This document shows positions 1 to 13,200 of a stretch of 56,468 bases of DNA, piece after piece. The DNA comes from Bilabrum cf. latius. Its lineage: Eukaryota. Below the pieces are notes generated by a model. That model was given only the letters and a program-made list of their open reading frames with translations. It was not told the origin of the DNA and did not search any database. The stretch lies in the NCBI GenBank assembly GCA_965178125.1, contig OZ237750.1, positions 1,116,001 through 1,172,468 of the forward strand, given 5' to 3'. The position numbers and the translations under genes were made by a program. The first letter of the stretch is position 1; the number at the start of each line of letters is the position of its first letter.

Positions 1-2
1 GG

Positions 3-896
3 CCGGGCCTCGACTCGGCGGGCATACGCATGAGCGAGGAGGAGCGCAAGGCCCGGGGGATGGCTCTGCTTGGGGGCGGTGCTCCTTTGCGAGACGGGCT
101 GCTGCTGATGGCGGGGGCCTACCTCTCGGCTGGCACGGGGGATATCCACCGGTTCCTGGGCAAGCACCACGTGAAGCCGGGGGGAATCGAGTGGCTCAAC
201 GGGGAAAGCGTGGTGTGCTGGTTCCCGGACGAGGGCGCGGCGGGCCGGGCCATGGCATCTCTCAGCCAGCCCGTGCCCGTGGTGGACGGCGTGTCGCGGG
301 TGCCCCCGGTGTGGAGGGAGGCGGTGCGTCCGCTAGTCAAGGGAAAGACGGACCGCTATGCGACCAAAGGCAAGCGCACCTTCGTGTGGATGCGACCCGC
401 CACGGAGCACGACTCGGCAGACCGGACCGTGAGGACAAGGGGGGCTGGCTCGCACGGCACCCGCGCTGCGAGAGGGAGGGGGAGGGGGAAGGAGGCAGCC
501 GGGAGAGGTGGCAGTCGGCGGGAGCGTGGTCGAGATGCAGCGGGCAGGTAGGGGTGGGTGAACGGCCGCAGTGAGGTCCGCCAAACGGCTGGCTCAAGGT
601 CTGGCCCTGGCTCTGGCCCTGGTAGGGGCAGCGGTGGGCTGTCGCTATCGGAGCGGCTCATGCTGGGGCTCGAGGCATCCAGGCCAGGGACCGCAGGCGG
701 GGCTTCCTCCGAGAAAAGCAGCTCCAGGAAAAGGAAAAGGGGCAGGGGGTTTGATTCGGGCGATACAGGGGGCAGCGCAGCCCCGGGCCCGCCTGGCGGC
801 TCCAAGGCGGCCTCCTCGCAGGGCGCCGGCGGTCGCGAGGAGCCTTCAAGAAGATCGGACGAGCCGAGCGCCGCCAAGAAGGTTCGAACGGATTGA
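3..896 (+). CDS. NCBP3: NCBP3-like (nuclear cap-binding protein 3 / DUF2414) protein, 5'-partial; reads through TAG at 549-551
   Basis: IEWLNGESVVCWFPDEGAAGRAMASLS and WMRPATEHD resemble the NCBP3 RRM-like motifs IEWLDDTSCNVVW..ATRAL and FMRFAT..D. ORFs 30..551 and 558..896 share a frame and are split only by TAG; the gene ends in TGA. Confidence 0.65.
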
Positions 897-1111
897 AATC
901 CATGCAGGTGCATTGTCCAATGCGTTTGGGTGTGCAAGTGGCAAATCAAATGTTTTGCGTGTATTCAATTACACACGAATCCCGGGCGGCAGAGCATACT
1001 TGCCGGCCACCCTCTGCAGGAACTGCGGGGGAAACGCCGACGAGGGTCTCCACACAAGCAGGGGGAACACGCATCCAATCGCAATCCCGTTGAGCGCGGA
1101 CGATATTCCTC

Positions 1112-1570
1112 TCACTGCAGCAATGGCAAAAGGGCGAGTCGCTCACGTGGGGCTACTGAAGCAGGCAAGGATAGTGGCCAAGGCAACATGCGGTGCATGG
1201 TCTCACAACGGTACGACAGTTCTCGACGGGATACCATGTTAACTTCATCCGCTGAAAAGGGATTGTACTCGAAATAGGAGTACGAATGTTCTCCAGGGTG
1301 CCACGAAGTGTCCCTGCGTACAAGTTCAAAGTTCACTCGCGTGACAGCCATCTCTGCCACCTTGCAGGCGACTGCGACCCTCAAGGCTGGCCAGACCCGA
1401 ACTCGGTGCTTCATGAACACCCCCAAACCAATCGCAAAACCAGCTACGGATCCAATCAAATGCCTGTGCGTTACGATGCGCCATTTCCGGGAGTCTGCCT
1501 CGCTCGCATCGATAAGCTCGTCTCTGCGCGCATCGTGGAGCACCCTTTGTAACGTTACCTCGTCTGCCAT
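1112..1570 (-). CDS. Hypothetical small membrane protein
   Basis: 152-aa ATG-initiated ORF with a hydrophobic segment (LIGSVAGFAIGLGVFM), divergent from the TMC gene. The 3' end could be spliced (GTGAG at the stop). No family recognised. Confidence 0.5.
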   Translation of the reverse strand: MADEVTLQRVLHDARRDELIDASEADSRKWRIVTHRHLIGSVAGFAIGLGVFMKHRVRVWPALRVAVACKVAEMAVTRVNFELVRRDTSWHPGEHSYSYFEYNPFSADEVNMVSRRELSYRCETMHRMLPWPLSLPASVAPRERLALLPLLQ

Positions 1571-1729
1571 GGCAGAATTAGTTTACGTTCATTCTGCGGC
1601 CAATTTTGTTCGTTCACCTTTTGCTTGGGCCCACTGTGAGGGGATTGGGGTAGCTGTCATCACACGCCATTTTCAGTGGATCACAAGCCTTCTTTCTATT
1701 TGCTGCCCCAGGAAGCCCCAAAGCGACTC

Positions 1730-3644
1730 ATGGCATATCCGAACCAAGTGAGTCTATGAGAATGCCACCTGCGACCGGATCCGGATGATCTAGTCACCCA
1801 AGCGTTTGGTCACCAGAGTTCTTTGATGAGTGCATTCGCAGCAATTTCGGGGCCGGCCGCCGCACCAGTAGTTCCACGGGGTTCCAACTAATGGACAATA
1901 CCCCGGCTACGCTACTGGACCAGGGGGGATGCCTGTAAATCAGGGCCAGTGGCAGCCAAACCCAACGGGCGCAGCATACCCTCCCTAGGCTGGAGCTTTC
2001 GGCGCCACAGCTCCGCCACAGCAAATCGGCCGGGCTGGTTAGCACTATCCTGGATCTACAGGGTATGCGTAGACGCCTGGATTGTACATGGGTAGGCCTG
2101 GAATGTAGCCAGGGGTGGCCTAGCCCCCCATGGGAACTGGAATGCCACCGGCGCGCCCGCCGTTCGCACCGCAGCAGGCAATTGCGCCCGCTCCTGGCGC
2201 GGGCCACCCCAGTCAGTCGTAGCCAACCAGTTCTATCCCCGCCATTGGTAGGCGTGACAGTGGGTTGGGCGCAGACAGCGACGATGAGGACAGTGCTGCC
2301 GCTGCCGCGAGCGAGAACGAGTATTTGCTCACGGTTTGCTCGCCTCTGACGTCCCATTCGGCGTGTGAGGTAGCATTACGGCACCTTGGTTGCGGATCTT
2401 CCGATGCGCCGCGCCTGATGGGTCCCGATGGCAGCCCAGAGCGCAGCGTGCAGGACGATTTCGGCCGCGGCGTGGCCTCGTACTTCTTCTACGTCGCCTT
2501 CCTCGGGGCAATCAACTGCGTGCTCGCACTGCCGGCAGTGGCCCAGCTGGCAGCTGCGCGGTCCGACGGTAACGTAGATCTCGAGGCAGAAGTCTACAGC
2601 GGGGTAGGCCGCACCTTTGCTGGCGCCCTCGAGCCTGGGGCCATGGGCGGCTGGGTCGCGTCCACGGTGGTCATGCTGCTCGTGTCCGTGGCGGCTGGGC
2701 CCGCGTACTTCTTCATGAACCGGCAGTACGAGTCTTTCTACTCCGGCAAGGACCGCGCAGAGGAGGTCCCCGCCGGCATGGACGAGATCGAGGAGCACAG
2801 GGGGTACACGCACGCAGAGAGGGCCTGGCGCAGGACCCTGTCGGTGGTGGCCACCGCTACCGTTGTGGTGGTGCAGGGGCTGCTCATGTGGCTGCTCAAT
2901 CGGGCGCTTGTCCGAGTGTCGAGCGATAGTGTGACGGCGGTGGCGCTGTCTGGCATGCTGGCGGTGTCAAACATCGTTTGGAAGCAGGTGGTGCGCTTCC
3001 TGACCAGCCTCGAGGTGCACGCCCGCAGGACGGCCGAGATCGAGTGGGACAGCGGGAAGGTGTTCGCCGTGAGGATCTGCAACCTAATGTCCCTGTATTT
3101 AGTGAAGAGCCTAACGGGCCAGGACGCTGTGTTGGAGGAGGGGTGCGATGATCTGGTGGAGACGGACTGTAGGTGCCCGCTGAGCAGCATGGCCTACCAG
3201 TTCATGTGGCTCATCATCATGGAGCTCACTATCAACAACGCGATAGAGATTGCCATCCCCTACGCCATGGTCTGGGCCAACCAGGCCTTTGGCCTGACAG
3301 ATGCGCAAGGCACTAACGCCGCGCGCCAGCCCTTCGACCTAACGGAGGAGTACACTGCGCTGCTCTATCGACAGAGCGTCGTGTACCTCGGGGTTTCCGT
3401 GTTCCCTCTCATGCCAGTGCTGGCTGCAGCTGCCTCCTTCCTGGAGTTCTGGGTGGACAAATACAAGCTGACGGCCCTCAGCATCAAGCCCAAGGCACCG
3501 CCGGAGCCTGTGCGAGCCGAACTCATCCTGGGGGCGCACCTCATTATAGCAGCCGTGGCAGCCCTGTCGTACCCCAACGGCACTATCTTGATCCTCTCTG
3601 GGTTCGCAGGTATTGACATCAATTGCGCATTCTTTGCGTCTTGA
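1730..3644 (+). CDS. Transmembrane channel-like (TMC family) protein; exons about 1730-1747 and 1842-3644
   Basis: FGRGVASYFFYVAFLGAIN and FDLTEEYTALLYRQSVVYLGVSVFPLMP resemble TMC motifs, and there are many TM segments. Intron GTGAGT..TTCGCAG at 1748-1841. The P/G/Q-rich N-terminus contains 7 in-frame TAG; ends TGA. Confidence 0.75.
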
Positions 3645-3702
3645 CGCGGCCAAGGCAAGCGATACAGCTGAATCGCCTCCAACTTGAAGGTGCTGAAAGG
3701 GT

Positions 3703-4165
3703 TTACCCCCTGGATCCCTCAAGGAATGCCCAGTTGACTTGAACTGTTTGTCCCATTAGCTTCTCTCCGTTCAGATCCTGTACTGCCTTCTCTGCATCGC
3801 TTTTGTTCGCCATTTCAACAATTGCATGTCCTTTCGCAAAGCCCGTCTGCCTGTCGAGAAGGAAGTGTATTTCGGTCGGATCTGCCACATCTGCGAAGAA
3901 CTCCATCAAGTCATCTTCTAGCGCTTCTTCATGCAGCCCGGTTACAAACAAGCACCATCCTTCCACAGCTGCGGGGCAAGGCTCAAGAAAATCTGCTATT
4001 GAACATTCTACGATCCATTCAAAGGATATTCACATTGGCTGTCAATGGTTTAGTTAAAGCTACTGTATTTTGACTCTACGAGCACAAAACGGCAGCTGCT
4101 TCGCCCTCACACTTCAATGGAACATCACTGCTAGCAGATCTTGCAGAAGCTTCTGCAGCTCCCAT
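3703..4165 (-). CDS. RBM8A: RNA-binding protein 8A / Y14 (exon junction complex); exons 4165-4111 and 3968-3703
   Basis: The spliced product PLKSVEGWCLFVTGLHEEA...LDRQTGFAKGHAIVE...VQVNWAF matches the Y14 RRM. Intron GTGAGG..CCGCAG; ends TAA. Confidence 0.92.
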
Positions 4166-4285
4166 TTTTTTAGTTGCCAAGGGTGCTTGTCAAAATATCT
4201 GGTATTTTGCAGGAAAACTACACCGCTCAATAATGGTGTTGACGAAAAATCACAGGCGTACATTTGGGTTGTTTGCAGGCAAGTC

Positions 4286-7200
4286 ATGGGAAACACCGTG
4301 CCGAAAGGTCAAATAATCGATTAGCGTCCCCATGAATCTGCCGGAGATCTTATCAAAGGGATCCAAATACGGAACTGCGTTGCCGACAACAGATTCACCT
4401 CAGCGTATAGGTGCACTGCTCCGGACGGAGGGGAGGCTTTACTGAAGGTATATAGCAAGCGGAGCGGTAGTTCAGTACCAAATAGAAATGAGGAGGAAGA
4501 AACCGCCATAGTGCAGACATCAAACGCCATGCGCAAGCTGAGGCGAGCGGTTGCACCTTTGCTCCATCCTCATCTCCTGCCGTATGCCAGGATCGAGAAT
4601 TCGAGCAAGCCGCACTCTGTGATGGTTACGAGATAGTGGGTACACACAACACTCAGAGATAGACTGCAGAAAAAGCAAGGTCTGCTGGAAATTGAGACAA
4701 GATTTCTGCTGTACCAGATGCTTGCGGCTCTGCACGAGGCCCACTCGAATGGGATCACGCACGGTGACGTTAAGCCAGAGAACGTGCTCATAACGTCGTA
4801 TGGGTGGGTGTTTATTGCAGATTGGGCGCTACATAAGCCAGTGGAGCTGCAGGCCGATAATCCAGCTTCGTTTTACTATTTTTTCGCTCCTCAAGCTAGC
4901 CCGTCGTGTCGACTCGCCCCAGAGCGTCTCGTTGAGAATCCTCGGCGCGGTGCTGCGGGCTCTATATCATCGACACCTTTACACGGTGCCCGCAAATCAT
5001 TTGGTGGGAGCACGGCTGACGACGGCACCGCGAGCGAGAGCTCCAAGGGTCGTACCGCCAGCGCCCTGCACAGCGAGGACGGGTAGGGTGCAGATACTGA
5101 GGGAACGTCGCTCCTTGATGCGGCGCACCTAGTGTCTGTTGCTGCTTCGCAAGACTTGCACAAGCTAAGGGAGCTCGACGAGGCACTTGGGCTGGACCCG
5201 TCCAGGGGCTCCTCCCCGGCAGGTCATCGGCCGAGTGGGTCCGAGCTGCGGTGCAAGGCAGACATTTTTGCCATGGGCTGTACCGCGGCGGAGCTGCTTG
5301 GTGGTCCGCATGCATTCGGCGGCATGGATCTGCCCGCCATGCTGCAGTATAGAAGAGGCCACGTCCCGGGTGCACTCGTGGATGTGCTGCGAGCCGTTCC
5401 ACCCGGTGCAAGGGCCGAGCCCGCGGTAGAGGGGGCACCAAAACCAGGCGAAGGGTCTAGCGCAAGCTAGCAAGGAGGTATTAGTTCAAGCTCCGGTCTC
5501 CAGCCTGTAGTGGGCCCTGGTCGGTCTCCTCGCCAGCTGGTGGCCCACATGCTGAGGAGGCTGCCGGAGTCCAGAGCGACTGCAGCCGAATATCTTGGTG
5601 CTTGCACGGGGCCTGGCCGACTGTTTCCGCCTGCTTTTAGGGATGTCTTGCATCCATTGCTGGGCAGTGCAGTGTCCCACCCCGGTCTGCAAGACCCTGA
5701 TGCGAGGGTGTTGCTGCTGGCGAGGGCCTTCCCACGATTGCTGTTGGAGCTAGCGGAGGCGGTGGACGAGGCAGGACAAGTCGCCATTGCCGGGATTTTG
5801 CAGGACCAGGATGAAGAGCTCGACCGGCAGGGCAGGAGCTCGCTGCGGCAGCAAGGGGGGATGAGCTGGGCACCGCCCGAGGATAGCGAGTGGTGGTGGG
5901 ACGTGGATGTGCATCACGATTGGGCTAACGGCGCAGCGGACAGCTCAGAAGTCAAGCAACACGATCAGACCAAAGGCCCTTTGGATGCTTGGGTTGGACC
6001 AGAGCGCACACAGGAGGTCCCTTTGAGTGTAGGTCTTGGTCGGACAGGTACTGCTATCGATTTGTACATTCTGCGGCCGGTGCATGAGGCCAACCTGGCT
6101 GCGCGGCACAACATGCGACAGGTCAACGGCAGTGGTTCCGATCAGAGCTTGAGTACGGTATCAGTACCGCAATCCCCAAGTACCGTTTCCACTAGCGATC
6201 TTCTTGCCATGGTTGATGCCGAGTTGGCCGCGGGTATTGGTTCACAAGAGGATTGCTGCGAGCTTGTGGATGTTGCGGTGCCTAGCGGATCGTCGCCAGC
6301 CGAGCCCTCTGACATCGAGGGCACAGAGACTAGGACAAAGTGCTAGTTGAATGGCGAAATGCTGGCTCTTGTGTTGCCTCTGCTTACCTCAAGTATGCGG
6401 CACGTGTCTTCCGCAAGGTTGCGATTACTGTCCGTCATGCTGCTTGCCAGGCTGAGCTGCGTGCCCGGGATCTCGCAGACCTTCTTGTTGCGGTCGTCGT
6501 TGCCGTATCTAGTTGAAGCCGCTAGAGATGAGTCGGCGATGGTAAGGACGCACGCCCTGGCAGCGGTTGCCTGCTTGTCTCTCACGCTCCAATCTAACGC
6601 GCAGGAGGACACGTATGTTGTACCCCACTATGTACTGGAAGGCGTGGCGCACTGCCAGGATGACCCGTGCACCGTAGTGCGAGAGTGTTATGCTGCCGCC
6701 CGCCCGATGCTCTTGCTTGCGGCGAGGGCTATCGCTGAGTCTGCGGCCTCAGGATCGGCTGCAGCTGCGCTCTCTTCTGTAGAAGAGACAGGGGAGAGTA
6801 TATCCGCTGGACGGCAATCGCTAGCCCCAGACTTAGACGTACAGCACATGATGCGGTCTCTCGCCATATAGAATGAGGATTGGCTGCTTCGTCTTGGCAT
6901 CATGCAGCCAGCTCAGCTCGTCAGACCTTCGAGCGCGTTTTCTGCCCTGATGCATGAAGCGCCCCTCCCAGCCCACAAGGAGGCTATATTGGCACTGTGG
7001 TGCGTGCTGGAAGCATCAAATGCGCAGGAGAGGGAAAATGAAATGCCAGAGCGAGCGAGAAGCAGAAGAACTACGAGCGAACGTTCTTGGGCCGACTACA
7101 TCGAAGAGGCCGCTGGCCGTTCGTGCACAGACTCGCACTCTCTGCATTGGATGTACCACACGGTCGGCTCTTCCAAAATCCCACTTTTTTCTGGGAGATT

Positions 7201-10200
7201 AGGGTGGCACGCCGTCTACCCTCGCCCTAGCCTCTTAGCGGATGAGTTTGCAACAAATCATGGAACGCACTTGCGGCATGTTTCGTAGGCGCGGGGTGCT
7301 CTCGTCAGGAACCTGCCAACTCTCGCTGCTGCTGTGGGATCTGATTTCGCGGAGCATCGGGTATTTGGCACAATTATGAAGACATTCAAAGATAAAGACC
7401 CGGGCATATCGTAGAGTGTGTCGTTACAAGCGGTACCAATGGCTCGGCTGTTGGGTCCGAAGCAGACTTGTGGAGACTTGCTAGAGGAGCTAGCCAGAGA
7501 CGTTGGCGCGGCAACTGAATTCCAGAGCGGGGCAGCTCTAGATGCCATTGCAGAGTTGGTTCAACAGGGATTACTAGGGAATTAGCCGTTTTATCACTCC
7601 CGTGGAAGCAGGCCATCCGAGAGAGCGAAGTCGATGGATGTCGATCGGCGAGACCATGCAGGGGGTGCGACCGCGATGCAGTGGCTACAATTGACCGCGT
7701 AGCGGTTGCCCGCGGCGTTGATCGCAGACATCCCCAGGTTTTGCTTTTTGATGCTGCACCCGAGCAACTGGGTACGAAATCCAGCCTCTCGGCTCCTTGC
7801 TGCGATGGCTGTTTCTCTTGGATGGCCTGAGGCGCAAGCTCACATGGAGGAGCCGCTTGCAGTAGCTGCAGGTGCGGGCGATGCAACGAACGCACCATTG
7901 CAGTCCGCCTGGGGATATTTAAGGCAGTCTTTGCGTGTGATTGAGCAGCAGGATGCTAGCTTGCAAGCAGCTGGGACTCGAGCGGCAGTTGCCGGTTTGT
8001 CTGGGCTGCTACTGAAGATAGTGAGGGCTACTGCGGCTCGTCGTGCAGTGAGGGCGGCGTTGGCACGGCTATGCGATGCTAAGCGCTCTGTGGAAGAACA
8101 GGCGAGAGATGATGTACTTGAGTAGCTGGATGAAGAGACGGCACAAAGCGTACCACAGCGAGCGGAAGACGGACCTCTCGACTTCAGCTCCAGCGCTGAG
8201 AGCGATTCTCATGAGCAGCCACGACGCAGTGCACCATTGAGTACACTGGCCCTCAGCAAATCTCGCCAGCCTCCGAAGTCCTCTGCAGCTGAAGTGCGAA
8301 CGCTGGCTTTACTGCTCCACCCTCAGCTGCAGACTGTATCTGAAGCTGTCTGCAGGGACGCAGAGCTGCTTGACTAGCTCGTGTTTGCGGCCCACAGTGA
8401 TGCTGCGGAGGAAGAGCTACAGGCGAGGGTTCGAGGGGCCCTCAGGGAAGCCGGGGCAAATCTCTCTGAACAAGAGGTGGCCCGAGTGGCGTTCGAGTCC
8501 TTCAAGCCGCGACTTGCAGCACGGCAGTACCCGTACACACCGCAGGACCTTGCGAGTCTACTCCCGCTGGCGGCTCATGTCCCTTCCACGAGCTTCGTGT
8601 CGCTGCACGACAGGCCACCTGAAAACGCAAAGGCACTAAACTCATCAAGTACCGTATATACTGCTAAGCAACTGTCAGCGAAATTTGCGTATGGTGCTCC
8701 CCTGGCTGCATGTATTGAGAAATGGTGCCGCGCTGCAAGCTCAGGTGCTTCAGACCTACCCATCCCTGGGCAGAGGACAAGCCTGGCGATTAGGTCGCCA
8801 TTGTCAATTACTATTCGGTGTAATCGTTCTGTCGTGCGACTGGCACGCTCTGAGCTGGACGGTACTGTATCTGACTCTGCCATGCTGGAACAGCAACTCT
8901 ACATGCGTGCTGGCCGTCGGTTGCGCCGGTTGGATCTCGGACTTGGCCTGTTCAATCTAGCAGCGTTGGCACGGGTTGGAGATAGTACACCGGCTGAGGT
9001 GTTCCGTCGCACAATCTTGCAGCGTTTATCGCGGTCAAGAGGACATGCAGGCTCAATCGCCGGCACGGCTCTGTCATCGGACGCAGCAGACGGACAGGCG
9101 AAAGTGTTTACGTCCCAAGCCGCTAGGAACCTTGACCGTTCGCTCGATGAGCTGAGCGACGATGAAAGCGAAGACAGCGAATCGAAGGCTGAGTCTGACA
9201 TGAGGTTATATGGCAGTACGCGCAGGTCGCAGTGGAGGTGTGGAGGAGGGGAACGCCGGGACCCCCTGGATGCCAGCACAAGGTACATGCTAGCTGTGAG
9301 CACCGCAATCGCACGGGGCGTCGCAGCCGAGGCCAGTGGCTTTGGAAAGCCGGACACTGTGATTGCAAGTGCAGCGGAGACCGCCATATCGCTTACTCCT
9401 GCGCATAGAGCCTGGGCGTTCGTGCAGTTTGCACAACGAGGCGGCAACCCAGTGGATTTTGCTGGAAGCCCCGCCAGGACTATGGCTCAGCTTGGAGTCA
9501 AATCAAGCGCTGGCCTGCTCGACTCGGAGAGTGCACTAAAAGCAACGCTAGGGGCAGCGAACGAGATCAGAAGAAGCGAATCCGAGACTCGGAAGCCGTC
9601 CCCGTTGCACCCCAGCGCAGGATGCACCGTGCCCCTGCCACCCCTCGCATCCAGCGGAGGCCCAGCCGGACTGGTTGTTGCTGCACTGGCTGATACGTGC
9701 CGTGTGATTGCCGCAGCAGACGGCGCAGACACCAACCAGATAGAGCTGGGGCGAACTGCGTTGCTAGATGATGCTGCCTGCCGGTCTGCTGCAGGTGCTG
9801 CCATTCGAGTGCTGCGAGACCTGAACTGCGAGCCCGGGACACTGCCCGGCCTGCTGCCACTCACAAAGGCCGGACTGTCGGTCCGCAACACCGCCCGGCA
9901 TGGACAGCGATCTTCTGTGGACAAGAGGTAGAAGGGGGATAGTGCCGGCGTCATGATCGCAGGTAGTGCTGTGGCTGTCGGCGGATACTTTGGAGATGAT
10001 AGCCAAGTGTCTACCCCTCGACCTTCTGTCGGCACCCCGCGGTTCGGTGCGGGATCTCGTGGTGATCCAAACGCGCGATTTAACGAATCTAGCAGGGGTT
10101 TCCCAAGTGGGATTTTGTCTGCCTCCTCAAGATCATAGCTTGCTCACGTGCATCGGAACCGGGAGTCCGTGCTTGCACCAGTGTCTTAGAGAGTGTTACG

Positions 10201-13200
10201 TAGTGAGTCTGGCAAGACAGTGCTGCATCATCCCCTATGGAGTGTTCTCGGGCAAGTAGGCGGCTAGGCACACTCTATTGAGGGTGTTTGCGGTCTGGAG
10301 GGCCTTGCATATAGGTCCAAAGGTCGTGTAGTTGACTTCACCTCCCCAGCCAGCCTGGCATCGCTTCGCCGAGTCGTTGCTGCGCTTGATGTGCCTGGCC
10401 TTGGCCCAAACTTTGGTAGCCTCAGTGCTCGTGCTGTGGCCGCCCACGCTATCGCTCACCCTGACTTGGGGGCATCAAGTATGCTTGGGTCTGGATCCGC
10501 CCGGCGAGCTGCCCAGATGTCTGGTCTCGCAGCTGGACAAACCATGCTCGTATCTGGACTGGCCGAACAGCCATCGCCGTTTAGTTCGGGGGCAGTGTTG
10601 CTGTCCAGAGCCATATCAGGGAGGCTGCGATCTGCAGCCTGCGGGCTCGCCATTCTGCACGAAGTCCAACGCTCCTCAGCTGGAGCATAGCAGAACGCCT
10701 CATCGCCAGCAGCGGGACTAGAGGCTTCCAAATCCGTCACATCGCCCGGAGTGGCCGCTGCATTTGCCAGTTTGAAGCGCAGTGCTGCCGTGATCGCTGG
10801 CGATGAGCTACAGTCTGCGCTGCAGGCTGAAGGAGTTGATCAGATTCCATCTGGCGCTCAGGATGGCAGTGCTGTTCCAGTGTACTAGGATGGCGACGGC
10901 ACCGGTAGGGGTTAGAGCAGTGCGCCGAGGGCCGCCGATCTCGCCATACTGGGAGGAGCAGGAGCAGCAGTTCTGCAGGAAGAGGCGAAATCCGGATGGT
11001 CAAGTACGCACTCGCACGCAATCGGAGTGTCGTCGCCGATGGCCATCCTGCACAACATGGTGCATTCGAACTTCGACAAGAGTGGTTTGATGCGCGATAT
11101 TGATGAGATTGCCCTGGCTCACCGTTCCATCGGGGCCAGCCTGCACCCGGTTAGTGCAACCGATGCTGGTATTCAGGATGCCAGTCGCGGTGGATTCACG
11201 GTATTTGAATCGGGGCTGGAAACTGCGCGATATCATGTCGCAGGCCTGTCAAGGTGGCCATCTCGAAGTTGTCCGCTGGATGAGATTGCAGAGCTTGTCA
11301 ACAGCAACGCTGGCATCTAGCACCCTGATGTGGCCGACACAATGCTTCACCTTCCCACTGCTGCTCCCTCAAGCTCAATGGTGTTGGCTCGTGCTAGGTC
11401 ACAAGGTCTTGCTGGGATCAACTTAGCGATGGTAGGTAGTGTTGGAGGTGTGAGCGGTCTCGCTGCAACCCGGCTGGCGGCTACCATGGCTGGTGTGCAG
11501 CATCTGCAGGCCCTTGTCAACGCAGTCATGACGCCGCAGGCAGCTGCTAGTAGTGCTGTTGAGTTATAGCGGTCTGCCATGGACTCACAAGCGTTTGAAG
11601 AGGGGGCGGCGGCTGCTGTTCATTTGCCACCCATTGGCTCCGTTGTCTCTGTGCTGTAGGGGTATGCCTCCGCTTGCACTGCTGCTGTTAGGGCCCAGCA
11701 AAGAATTTCAAGCGCCCTAGACGGATAGTTGGCTCGATCCGCAAGTAGTCTTGGCATAGAAGGATCCCGCCTGTCCGTTCACCAGCTTGCCGATCTGGTA
11801 CAACGGAGATCTGACTCGAACCGGGAGCGAGAGGGGGAAGTATCTCCTTACTTGGCGGTCATGCCGGTGCAATCTTCTGCATAGCCTTTCGTCGAGACTG
11901 TAAGCAACATTCGGGGCTCTTCAACGGGATCGAGACGGCCAATTCTGGCGGCTGCTGGGATCGCAAGCAATTCGCTCCTGCCGCCGTACATGGCCGTGGC
12001 ATACAATGCTGCTGGAGTCAGCCTAAATTCATGTGCTGCCGCTGCATCGGTGTCATTCGCAGCCAGGACAATGCGCAGATTGCTGTAGAACGGATACAGC
12101 TATCCTGTTGCCAGCCGAACTGCTGGGGCGATCAGTATCGCCTCCGCACAAGGCTGGTGCGGAGCTGCCGCTTTCCTTTCTCCAGACAGAGCTGGGCGAA
12201 GACAGCTCGAGCCAAGCGCTGCTGAAAGTGGTGCAATTGATGATGCGCGCGCCGCAATCGCACAAACGTGGGTAACGTCAGTAGCTGACGGGCCTGCTGG
12301 TCCTACCGTGGGGCGTCGAGCTACCGAGGCGATCTTGCATCGCGTATTCGAGCTCATGGCACATGCAGGGACCTGGAGCAGCGCGACTGCCTGCTCACCG
12401 TGCGGGATTCCATCGGAAGCAATCCTGGACTTGGTGCCATCTGCCGTTTCCAATGTTCTGCCTCAATTTACATTTGGAGGCCTGCCGCTGCTTCAGCAGA
12501 TAGACGTGCCGGCCATCGCCTATCGACCCGGGATGCTGCAGTCCACCTTCGGGGTGGACAAGCTGCACCAACAGCCGTCTGTGGCTGCCCCAGCTGCCAG
12601 CTTGACAGGCCCTGAATCTCGCAAGAAGATGATCGCTTATTCGGTGTCGCAGCCTAGCTCAACACTCGGAGTACCTGCAGATGTTGGGGACGGCCGTGGC
12701 TCCGCAGCACCCGGGGTCGAGTCATTTGCTGAACTTGACTCTTTTGGGACAGTCCCCAGCAGTGGTAGTTCGGGGCCTGATGCACCATTCCAAACACAAG
12801 CGGCAGATGAAGCTGCCCAGGCAAAGCTAGATCGGCGCGGCCCAATTGGCATGAGACCGGCAGCCGCAGCCATTATGAAGGCCGCCCAGGCGGAGCAGGT
12901 GCAGGAGGAGCTGGACGAGTTCAAGAGGTTCCCATTCGGGTCGCGCCCGAGAGGAGTCGTTCTAGGGCGCTTGCTTGCGCATGCTGGCGTTATCCGCGGG
13001 GTTTGCACTTCAGAGGATGGATCTTTTGCCGTGTCTGCCGGCGAGGATGGCACTGCATGCGTGTGGGATGCAGTAGGGCTCGCTGCTCTCCGCGGGTTCG
13101 CCGGCCTGCCCCCTCGCGCGCAAGTGTCAATCGAGCGAGCAGCGCGCCACCCACTCGCCCGGTACACGCCTGCTTGGTCATTAGCCGATGCTTCTGGGAA

